A stretch of DNA of 64,000 nt, taken from the NCBI GenBank assembly GCA_017624735.1, contig JAGAMK010000027.1, forward strand, positions 9,280 to 73,279, given 5' to 3'. This document shows, one piece after another, positions 56,821 to 64,000 of this stretch (position 1 is its first letter; the number at the start of each line of letters is the position of its first letter). The position numbers were made by a program, and so were the translations under genes. The stretch is from Clostridia bacterium. GTDB taxonomy: Bacteria > Bacillota > Clostridia > Oscillospirales > Acutalibacteraceae. Below the pieces are notes generated by a model. It had not been told where the DNA came from, ran no database searches, and was given only the letters and a program-made list of their open reading frames with translations.

Positions 56821-57903
56821 ATGAATTATCGTACACCGCTAAAATATCATTTTGCAACCCAAAAGGGCTGGATAAATGACCCAAACGGACTTGTATATTT
56901 TAATGGCTATTACCATATTTTTTATCAGCATTCGCCCAATTTTGAAAAGCCTTGGCAGGAAAATATGCATTGGGGACACGCAAGGACAAAGGACTTTTTG
57001 AATTTTGAGGAATTGCCGGTTGCACTTTTCCCTGATAAGCCATACGATAAAGACGGTTGTTGGTCGGGCACAGCAATTACCAAGGATGATACACTTTTTC
57101 TCTTTTATGCGTCCATTCATGACGGCGTTCAGTCAGTAAGCGTTGCTTATTCAACTGACGGAATCAACTTTGAAAAATATGAAGGTAATCCCGTAATCAG
57201 CGGATTTCCAACTGATGGTTGTCCTGATTTTCGCGACCCTGCCGTGTGTTATTCCGATGGCAGATACTATTGTGTAATGGCATCGGGTAACCGTGAAAAG
57301 AAAACCGCACATCTTCTTTTATATGAAAGCGAAGACCTGTTTAATTGGGAATATAAAGGAATTCTTTGTGAATGGGAAAACTCAAAATTTGCCGAGTGCC
57401 CGTCTTTTATGAAATCAGGAGATAAATATCTGCTTACTGCTTCTGTTTGCAAAGAAGACAGCCACCGTTTTTCTGTAATGTATGGCACCTTTGAAGACGG
57501 AAAATTCACACCCGAATACATAGGTGAAGTGGATAAAGGACCTGACCAATACGCAGGACAAGTTTTTCTTGACCATAAAGGCAGAACTATTCTTATTTCT
57601 TGGATTCCCGGTTGGAAATATGCGGGATACAAGAAAAAGGACATTGGTTGTATGTCTGTTCCTCGTGAAATCAAATTGATTGACGGCAAAATTTATGGTT
57701 ATCCGGTAGAAGAAGTACAGCATTTGCTCAAAGACAGCGATTCAGCAGTTATCCGCAACAAAAACGGATTTAAAATCAAACGTGCACACCGTAAGAGTGT
57801 TGTTTATGAGGGCGAAATCAATGACCTTAAAATCATTCGTGACGGATATATTTTAGAAGTCTTTGTCAACGGTGGAGAAGAAATCTATTCAGTCTTGCTA
57901 TAA
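56821..57903 (+). CDS. GH32 beta-fructofuranosidase/sucrose-6-phosphate hydrolase-like, short form
   Basis: WINDPNG nucleophile motif, FRDP, and ECP in FAECPSF. Only 360 aa. Confidence 0.85.
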   Translation: MNYRTPLKYHFATQKGWINDPNGLVYFNGYYHIFYQHSPNFEKPWQENMHWGHARTKDFLNFEELPVALFPDKPYDKDGCWSGTAITKDDTLFLFYASIHDGVQSVSVAYSTDGINFEKYEGNPVISGFPTDGCPDFRDPAVCYSDGRYYCVMASGNREKKTAHLLLYESEDLFNWEYKGILCEWENSKFAECPSFMKSGDKYLLTASVCKEDSHRFSVMYGTFEDGKFTPEYIGEVDKGPDQYAGQVFLDHKGRTILISWIPGWKYAGYKKKDIGCMSVPREIKLIDGKIYGYPVEEVQHLLKDSDSAVIRNKNGFKIKRAHRKSVVYEGEINDLKIIRDGYILEVFVNGGEEIYSVLL

Positions 57904-57927
57904 AAATTACAGAGTAAAGGTGATAAT

Positions 57928-58659
57928 ATGAACAGACCATATATTATTTGTCATATGGTAACATCTCTTGATGGAAAAGTTACGGGAGATTTCTTATTCA
58001 CTCCAGAATGCGAGGGTGCAACAGAAATCTACTATGATATTAACCGAAAACTTAAATGTAACGGTTTTATCTGCGGTCGTGTTACTATGGAAGGCAGTTT
58101 CACACAAGGGTATTATCCTGATTTATCAAATTATGAGCCTGTACGTCATGGTATTGGCCATAAAATGGATTTTATGCTTGATTCAGAAGATATGACAGGA
58201 TTTTATGCAGTTGCTTTTGACCCGAAAGGAAAATTAGGTTGGAAATCAAATAAAATCATTGACCCTGACGAAGACCCGGGTTATGACGGAGCGCAGATTG
58301 TTGAGGTGCTTACTGAACAAGTTGATGAAAGATATTTAGGTTATCTTGAAAGCCTTGATATTCCATATATTTTTGCAGGTGAAACTGAAATTGATGTGGA
58401 TTTTGCATTGTTCAAACTTAAAAATATGATAGGTTGTGAAACCCTGCTTTTAGAAGGTGGAAGTATCATAAATGGCTCATTCCAACGAGCAGATGTTATT
58501 GATGAGTTAAGTCTTGTTGTAGCACCAACCGTAGCCGATAAAGATGACAAGCCGTTATTTATGGATAGCACCATTTCAAACTATGAACTCACCGATGCCC
58601 AACCTATTAACGGAAATCTTGTTTTGAATTATAAGAGAAATAATAATTCAGTAAAATAA
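57928..58659 (+). CDS. Dihydrofolate reductase-family protein (RibD C-terminal domain-like)
   Basis: MVTSLDGKVTG...LLEGGSIINGSF pattern typical of RibD_C/DHFR-like reductases. Confidence 0.65.
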   Translation: MNRPYIICHMVTSLDGKVTGDFLFTPECEGATEIYYDINRKLKCNGFICGRVTMEGSFTQGYYPDLSNYEPVRHGIGHKMDFMLDSEDMTGFYAVAFDPKGKLGWKSNKIIDPDEDPGYDGAQIVEVLTEQVDERYLGYLESLDIPYIFAGETEIDVDFALFKLKNMIGCETLLLEGGSIINGSFQRADVIDELSLVVAPTVADKDDKPLFMDSTISNYELTDAQPINGNLVLNYKRNNNSVK

Positions 58660-58662
58660 CGA

Positions 58663-58807
58663 TTATCAGTAATTTAACGACAGGTAAGAGAGATTTTCTC
58701 AGTTATAAACTAAATAACACATAAAAAAGCGTTGCAAGAGGGGCGTGAGATTATCCCAAATGCAACGCTTAATTCTTGTAAATGGCTTAAATACTATATA
58801 AAACAAC
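58663..58807 (+). repeat. ~145-bp direct repeat, copy D (contains hairpin core 58723-58775)
   Basis: See copy C. It begins 4 nt after the stop of the preceding gene. Confidence 0.85.
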
Positions 58808-58937
58808 GATACCACCATTGACCTAAACTGTATCAATAGTGGTATCTGATTTGGCATTGACTACGCTATTTAATACAATTCGTCATTTTTGAGATAACGT
58901 TGCATCAAAATTCAAAATTATTAAAAGAGGTTTTTCA

Positions 58938-59930
58938 TTACTCTTTAAAGTAATCTTTTGCGTTTTCAAACAATTCAGAACGATTGTTAATGTTAAGCTT
59001 TTTGAAAATGCTTGATGTATGTTTTTTGATAGTGCTTTCTGTTACAAAAAGTTCATCGGCAATATCTTTTCGCTTTTTGTTTTGCATAATCAGTCTTAAA
59101 ACCTCTTTTTCGCGTTGAGAAAGGGAACAAATATCTTCCCAGTTTTCAAAAATAACATCAATCTGATTTTGCTCAAAATACCTGATATTTGTCATTTGTT
59201 CATTAGAAACAGTTTGTGCTGTTTCAGTTTGGATTACAACAGATTCGGAAGAAAGTCCTTGAGTATCTGCAAGACCGTAATCCTGTAAAATCCCGTATAG
59301 GAATAATATTAAGCCCTCTGTGATTATATATGATATGGACATAAATTCAAATCCTGCATTTATGCTGTTTTCAATAAGCCAGATTGCAATATTGCCGATA
59401 ACAACAAATGCGAGAAAAATAGAGTGTTTGATAGATACGACAGTCTTTTTAATTGCTGTGTATATGATAATTGCAATCATTGCAGAAAAATATGCAAACA
59501 GAAAAACCTTATATAAATTATGTAAGGGACCGTAATCTTTAACAAGAGTACCAACACCGCTTATGATATCAAAAGAAACATTTTTATAGTAAATCGGCAA
59601 CCATCCGCCACTTGAAGCAATGAAAAACATTATCATATTGTTGCCGATTAAAATACCCGGCAGACACTTCGGATAAGTGAATCTTGACAGATTCATTATC
59701 ATCATCAGTATGGAAAAAGGCAGAAATATGCTTCCAAAGTACGCAATTCGGTTTGCCCATAAAGCAAAATCAAGACTTTTTGCAACGGAGAGAAGAAAAT
59801 AACCTAAATCACATACTGCTACACAAGCAAAAAGAAGCAGCAACCATATATCGCGTTTTCTGTCAACTAAAAAATATGCAATAATCATCAAAAGAGAAAT
59901 AACAAAAATAATACCGTAAAGTGTAGTCAT
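58938..59930 (-). CDS. Membrane-embedded LuxR-family regulator (about 6-7 TM N-terminal domain plus C-terminal LuxR HTH)
   Basis: ATG 59930 is preceded by aaggagga. It has a hydrophobic N-terminal two thirds and C-terminal LSQREKEVLRLIMQNKKRKDIADELFVTESTIKKH. The track extension to 60074 overlaps the XRE gene. Confidence 0.75.
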   Translation of the reverse strand: MTTLYGIIFVISLLMIIAYFLVDRKRDIWLLLLFACVAVCDLGYFLLSVAKSLDFALWANRIAYFGSIFLPFSILMMIMNLSRFTYPKCLPGILIGNNMIMFFIASSGGWLPIYYKNVSFDIISGVGTLVKDYGPLHNLYKVFLFAYFSAMIAIIIYTAIKKTVVSIKHSIFLAFVVIGNIAIWLIENSINAGFEFMSISYIITEGLILFLYGILQDYGLADTQGLSSESVVIQTETAQTVSNEQMTNIRYFEQNQIDVIFENWEDICSLSQREKEVLRLIMQNKKRKDIADELFVTESTIKKHTSSIFKKLNINNRSELFENAKDYFKE

Positions 59931-59931
59931 A

Positions 59932-60156
59932 TTATTCCTCCTTTGTCGTCTTAATCTCAATTCCGTTACGCATACAGAATGAATAGAATTTACCCACCAT
60001 TGCAAGATGCGGTGTTCTGTTTTCTCTTTCCCAACGGCTGACAGTTGCATATGAAATGCCGATTTGCTCAGCAAGTTCAGTCTGTGTCAGTTGTAAAAGA
60101 ACACGAACAGTTTTAACCTGTTCTGGAAAGTTTAAGTTTTTTATATCAAGTTTCAT
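59932..60156 (-). CDS. XRE-family HTH protein (74 aa)
   Basis: LTQTELAEQIGISYATVSRWE HTH. Its stop lies 1 nt before the next gene's start. Confidence 0.8.
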   Translation of the reverse strand: MKLDIKNLNFPEQVKTVRVLLQLTQTELAEQIGISYATVSRWERENRTPHLAMVGKFYSFCMRNGIEIKTTKEE

Positions 60157-60400
60157 AGTTTAACTCCATAACTTTATATATCATAATATAGCATAATTTG
60201 AATTTTGTGTCAATTTATGCGTTAAATTGTTATATATCTTTTCGTTTATGCAATATGTACAAATGGATAGTTTGCTTTTTGACATGGTAGCCCTAAAGGT
60301 AGCCTTCTTTTTAAGAAAGTAACCTTTAAGGCTACTTATTTTAATGAGTTTTAACAAGTAAAATTGTATTGTAAATACTTATATAAGGAGGTTGCTAAAA

Positions 60401-60739
60401 ATGCTGAAAGCTGTAACAAAAAGATTTACTGACAAGTCAACGATAAAGCAGTTTGAGTTTGAGTTCTATTGTGACTGTTGCGGTAAACCAATTAAAACAG
60501 ATGTTCACGAATTTGTTTCAGGTTTCAAAGATAAAAAGTTTTTAAGTAATGATGAACGAGAAGCAAGAGCAATCATTTACGCAAATGACCACGGAAAAGC
60601 TTATGAGCGTGCAAACAATGAAGTACGACTTGAACTTAATAAATGTGAAATTTGCGGAAATATGGTTTGTGAAGAATGCACGGTATATGGGGTGGACCTT
60701 CAAGGAGGCCTATGCTGTAAAAACTGTGCTGAAAAATAA
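60401..60739 (+). CDS. Cys-rich hypothetical protein (two CxxC pairs at each end)
   Basis: CDCCGKP... and CEICGNMVCEEC...CCKNC. ATG 60401 lies 9 nt after aaggagg. Confidence 0.55.
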   Translation: MLKAVTKRFTDKSTIKQFEFEFYCDCCGKPIKTDVHEFVSGFKDKKFLSNDEREARAIIYANDHGKAYERANNEVRLELNKCEICGNMVCEECTVYGVDLQGGLCCKNCAEK

Positions 60740-60766
60740 AATAGTTAGCTGAAGGGAGAAATAAAT

Positions 60767-62161
60767 ATGGGACTTATTAAAGCAGGCGTAGGAGCACTCG
60801 GTGGTGTTCTTGCCGACCAATGGAAGGAATTTTTCTATTGTGATTCAATGGACAAGGATGTAATGGTGGTAAAAGGAACAAAGCGTGTAGGCGGACGTTC
60901 CTCAAACACAAAAGGAAGCGACAATATCATTTCAAACGGTTCAGGCATCGCAGTTGCTGACGGACAATGTATGATTATTGTTGAACAGGGCAAGATTGTT
61001 GAAATCTGTGCAGAGCCCGGTGAGTTTACTTATGATACATCAACTGAACCAAGTATTTTTTCGGGCAAGCTCGGTGACAGCATAAAAGAATCTTTCAGAA
61101 CAATCGGCAAACGATTTGCTTATGGTGGCGACACGGGAAAAGACCAAAGAGTTTACTATTTCAACACAAAAGAACTTGTTGGCAATATGTTTGGTACTCC
61201 AAATCCTGTTCCGTTCAGAGTTGTTGACAGAAATATCGGATTAGATATTGATATTTCAGTTCGTTGTAACGGTACATATTCATATAAAATCAGCGACCCT
61301 ATTTTGTTCTACACAAATGTATGCGGTAATGTTGAAAGAGAATACACAAGAGAAGAAATTGATGCTCAATTAAAGTCAGAATTTTTAAATGCTTTACAAC
61401 CTGCATTTTCAAAAATTTCTGATATGGGAATCCGTTACAGTGCATTACCCGGTCACACAATGGAACTTTCTGATGCGATGAATGAAGTTCTTACTGAAAA
61501 ATGGGTAAATCTTCGCGGACTTTCAGTAGTGTCTGTTGCAATCAATTCAATTACAGCACCTAAAGAAGACGAAGATATGATTAAACAGCTTCAAAGAAAT
61601 GCTGTTATGCGTGACCCGACAATGGCTGCTGCAACACTCGTTGGTGCTCAGGCTCAGGCTATGCAGGATGCTGCAAAGAATGAAGCAGGTGCTATGACAG
61701 GCTTTATGGGTATGGGTATGGCGATGAATGCAGGTGGCGGTATGAATGCACAGAACCTTTTTGCAATGGGACAACAACAAGCCGTGCAGCAAGCACCTGT
61801 ACAGAATGGTTGGAGTTGTTCTTGCGGTAATACAGTTTCAGGCAATTTCTGTCCTAACTGTGGTGCCAAGAAGCCTGAACCTAAACCTGCGGGAGATAGC
61901 TGGAAATGCTCTTGCGGTGCAACGGTAAACGGTAAATTCTGCCCTGAATGTGGTTCACCAAAACCTGCTGATGAAGGCTGGACTTGTTCCTGCGGTGCAG
62001 TAAACAAAGGCAAATTCTGTCAGAATTGTGGAGCACAGAAACCTGTAGGTGCACCTCTTTATCAATGTGATAAATGTGGTTGGAAACCTGCTGACCCACA
62101 CAATCCACCAAAATTCTGCCCTGAATGTGGCGACATTTTCGATGTAAACGATGCTAAATAA
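60767..62161 (+). CDS. SPFH/Band-7-like protein of the YdjI/COG4260 type with four C-terminal zinc-ribbon repeats
   Basis: MGLIKAGVGALGGVLADQWKEFF N-terminus and an Ala/Gln/Met-rich linker. Then three W.CSCG..V.G.FC..CG..KP repeats plus CDKCG...CPECG. Confidence 0.7.
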   Translation: MGLIKAGVGALGGVLADQWKEFFYCDSMDKDVMVVKGTKRVGGRSSNTKGSDNIISNGSGIAVADGQCMIIVEQGKIVEICAEPGEFTYDTSTEPSIFSGKLGDSIKESFRTIGKRFAYGGDTGKDQRVYYFNTKELVGNMFGTPNPVPFRVVDRNIGLDIDISVRCNGTYSYKISDPILFYTNVCGNVEREYTREEIDAQLKSEFLNALQPAFSKISDMGIRYSALPGHTMELSDAMNEVLTEKWVNLRGLSVVSVAINSITAPKEDEDMIKQLQRNAVMRDPTMAAATLVGAQAQAMQDAAKNEAGAMTGFMGMGMAMNAGGGMNAQNLFAMGQQQAVQQAPVQNGWSCSCGNTVSGNFCPNCGAKKPEPKPAGDSWKCSCGATVNGKFCPECGSPKPADEGWTCSCGAVNKGKFCQNCGAQKPVGAPLYQCDKCGWKPADPHNPPKFCPECGDIFDVNDAK

Positions 62162-62180
62162 TTATTAGGAGGAAAATATA

Positions 62181-63077
62181 ATGGGACTTTTTGATAAAAA
62201 ATATTGTGATATCTGTGGTGAAAAAATTGGTCTTTTAGGCAACAGAAAGCTTGAAGACGGCAATATGTGTAAGGATTGTGCAAAGAAACTTTCACCTTTC
62301 TTCAGCGACAGAAGAAGTTCAACTGTTGACGAAATCAAACAACAGCTTGCATACAGAGAGCAGAACAAGCAGGTTCTTGCAGGCTTTTCACCGATGTTCA
62401 CCTTTGGTGAAGACGATAAAATCTACATCGACCCGATGAAACAGAGCTTTGTTGTTTCACGTCGTAATCCCGGAAGCTGGAGTGACGAAAACCCTGATGT
62501 TATTCCGATTTCAAGTGTTACGGGCTGTAATCTCAGGGTTGATGAAGACCGTGAAGAAATCTATACACAGGGCAAAGACGGAGAAAGAGTAAGCTACAAT
62601 CCGCCACGATACAAATTTACATATGATTTCTATATTGATATCAAGGTAAACAATCCTTATTTCGACGAAATTACTGCAAGACTCAATGACAGCGACGTTG
62701 AGGGTATGGGCACAATGGAATATAACCGCTATCAGCAGACTGCACAGCAGGTTATAAACAACCTTACACAAAACGGTAATGCAGGAATGAATAATGGCTT
62801 TAATCAACCAATGAATAACGGTTACAATCAGCCAATGAATAATGGCTACAACCAACCTATGAATAATGCTTATAATCAACCGATGAATAACGGTTACAAT
62901 CAGCCAATGAACAGTGGCTATAATCAACCGATGAACAACGGTTACAATCAGCAACCGGCTTATGGTCAGCCTGTTCAACCGCAAGCACCTGTATCTCAGG
63001 CTTGGGTTTGTCCTGCTTGTAATGCTACAAATGAGGGTGGCAGATTCTGTATGGCTTGTGGTACACCACGAGGATAA
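62181..63077 (+). CDS. DUF4428-like zinc-ribbon protein with N/Q-rich octapeptide repeats and a C-terminal zinc ribbon
   Basis: N-terminus MGLFDKKYCDICGEKIG...GNMCKDCAKKL, then 7 x (MNNGYNQP). C-terminus WVCPACNATNEGGRFCMACG. Confidence 0.6.
   Translation: MGLFDKKYCDICGEKIGLLGNRKLEDGNMCKDCAKKLSPFFSDRRSSTVDEIKQQLAYREQNKQVLAGFSPMFTFGEDDKIYIDPMKQSFVVSRRNPGSWSDENPDVIPISSVTGCNLRVDEDREEIYTQGKDGERVSYNPPRYKFTYDFYIDIKVNNPYFDEITARLNDSDVEGMGTMEYNRYQQTAQQVINNLTQNGNAGMNNGFNQPMNNGYNQPMNNGYNQPMNNAYNQPMNNGYNQPMNSGYNQPMNNGYNQQPAYGQPVQPQAPVSQAWVCPACNATNEGGRFCMACGTPRG
62787..62954 (+). repeat. Seven tandem 24-bp units encoding MNNGYNQP variants
   Basis: Units start at 62787, 62811, 62835, 62859, 62883, 62907 and 62931. 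Units 2 and 5 are identical and the others differ mostly at synonymous positions. Confidence 0.9.
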
Positions 63078-63080
63078 ACA

Positions 63081-63251
63081 ATGAAAAATAAAATTATACT
63101 CGCAATAATTATTATTCTTGTAATCATTTTAATCGGAGTAATATATTACGTGAAAAATGTAATGATTGTCCGTGATAAAGACGGAATGGTCTATAAACCC
63201 CAAAATCAGATTACTATGAATGATGAAACTTATGATAAAGGAGATGATTGA
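63081..63251 (+). CDS. Small single-pass membrane protein (56 aa)
   Basis: My manual translation: MKNKIILAIIIILVIILIGVIYYV... then a polar tail. It fits the 3-nt gaps to both neighbours and is below the ORF-track length cutoff. Confidence 0.5.
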   Translation: MKNKIILAIIIILVIILIGVIYYVKNVMIVRDKDGMVYKPQNQITMNDETYDKGDD

Positions 63252-63253
63252 CA

Positions 63254-64000
63254 GTGCCAACAATTGCTGAACAAAAATGTCCTTGTTGTGGCGGTGGAGT
63301 ACAGTTTGACGCAGGTGTACAAAAACTAAAATGTCCCTATTGTGAAACTGAGTTTGAAATTAATCAGTTAAATCAAGAAACTGCTGACAATGTTGATACA
63401 ATAAACTGGTCTGCACAGGATAATCAATGGTCATCAGGTGAAACTGACGGAATGAATGTTTATTCCTGTCAGTCATGTGGTGGCGAAATCGTTGCCGACA
63501 GTACAACAGGTGCTTCAAAATGTCCGTATTGTGACAATCCTGTTGTAATGAAAGGTCAGTTTTCAGGTGCTTTGCGTCCCGATTTGGTTATTCCTTTCAA
63601 GCTTGATAAAAAAGCCGCAAAGGAAGCATTGAAAAAACATCTTGCTGACAAGAAGTTCGTTCCAAAAGCATTTCTTGACAACAACAGAATAGAAGAAATC
63701 AAAGGTGTTTATGTTCCTCACTGGCTTTTCACCTGTGATGCAATAGGAAATGCTAATTTTAAAGCGACACAGGTAAGAACCTGGTCGGACAACAATTACA
63801 ATTATAAAGAAACATCATATTACGATGTTTACAGAAGCGGAAACATTAGCTTTGACAACATTCCTGTTGACGGTTCAACAAAAATGCCCGATGATCTTAT
63901 GGAATCCGTAGAGCCCTTTGACTTGTCACAGGCAGTTGATTTCAACACAGCATATCTGGCAGGTTATCTTGCAGATAAATATGATGTCACAGCAGAAGAA
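63254..64000 (+). CDS. Double zinc-ribbon protein, 5' part (runs off window; YdjG-like by context)
   Basis: Open frame from GTG 63254 to the window end, not in the track because it has no stop. CPCCGG...CPYCETEF and CQSCGG...CPYCDNPV, then ...GVYVPHWLF. Confidence 0.6.
   Translation, partial: MPTIAEQKCPCCGGGVQFDAGVQKLKCPYCETEFEINQLNQETADNVDTINWSAQDNQWSSGETDGMNVYSCQSCGGEIVADSTTGASKCPYCDNPVVMKGQFSGALRPDLVIPFKLDKKAAKEALKKHLADKKFVPKAFLDNNRIEEIKGVYVPHWLFTCDAIGNANFKATQVRTWSDNNYNYKETSYYDVYRSGNISFDNIPVDGSTKMPDDLMESVEPFDLSQAVDFNTAYLAGYLADKYDVTAEE

Noticed and set aside
56557-58807. Integron attC sites, or IS/MITE terminal repeats with a cassette
   Set aside because: The repeats are direct, not inverted. 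The hairpin arms (GCGTTGCA/TGCAACGC) do not fit the RYYYAAC/GTTRRRY attC cores, and no integrase or transposase is nearby.
62511-62984. 157-aa minus-strand ORF with internal repeats
   Set aside because: It is a mirror artefact of the 24-bp tandem repeat read on the opposite strand. The plus-strand gene has an RBS, zinc-ribbon termini and operon spacing.
1-64000. CRISPR arrays, tRNA/rRNA genes, prophage or defence-island signatures
   Set aside because: I saw no regularly spaced direct repeats, no cloverleaf-like or rRNA-like conserved stretches in intergenic regions, and no integrase, transposase, nuclease, methylase or capsid-like ORFs. The only repeats are those listed as features.

Overview
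AT-rich chromosomal segment with Firmicutes/Clostridia-type gene content (Ruminococcus/Oscillospiraceae-like; this is an inference from gene families, no search was run). It holds about 60 protein-coding genes. I saw no rRNA, tRNA, CRISPR array, transposase or integrase. Layout, left to right: (1) the end of a BMP/nucleoside-type ABC transporter, an FAD oxidoreductase and an ECF S-component. (2) A minus-strand hydrogenase operon: two small thioredoxin-like ferredoxins, a PAS-containing sensory HydS-like [FeFe] hydrogenase, a PP2C/SpoIIE phosphatase and a group-B-like [FeFe] hydrogenase. (3) Divergent from it, rex followed by a tightly packed 12-gene plus-strand cluster: MDH-like dehydrogenase, class II fumarase, HdrB/C/A-like, MvhD-like, three Flx-like proteins, soluble FrdB/FrdA-like proteins and an AAE-family permease. 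I consider this the most interesting candidate system: a soluble, possibly electron-bifurcating NADH-dependent fumarate reductase pathway. (4) A DAHP synthase preceded by a 25-codon leader peptide containing FFYYFYY plus a terminator hairpin, which looks like a classical attenuator. (5) A sugar/envelope region: two paralogous membrane-anchored metallophosphoesterases, MFS, a DUF1680-like glycosidase, a GT-C membrane protein, two B12-binding radical SAM enzymes, GT2, a nucleotidyltransferase, an SDR and a GH29 fucosidase. (6) A 7-gene E-DUF2764-A-B-D-I-K V-type ATPase operon with an Na+-type c-ring motif and a terminator-like leader hairpin. (7) A secreted 5'-nucleotidase and an unknown secreted protein that share a Cys/His-rich C-terminal tail, then CstA, an alkyl-sulfatase-like lipoprotein and LuxR-type regulators. 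(8) A GH32 plus RibD_C-like pair flanked by ~145-bp direct repeats. These belong to a recurring GCGTTGCA...TGCAACGC hairpin family. (9) An operon of zinc-ribbon, SPFH (YdjI-like) and DUF4428-like proteins that runs off the window. All functions are inferred from motifs read in the supplied translations.
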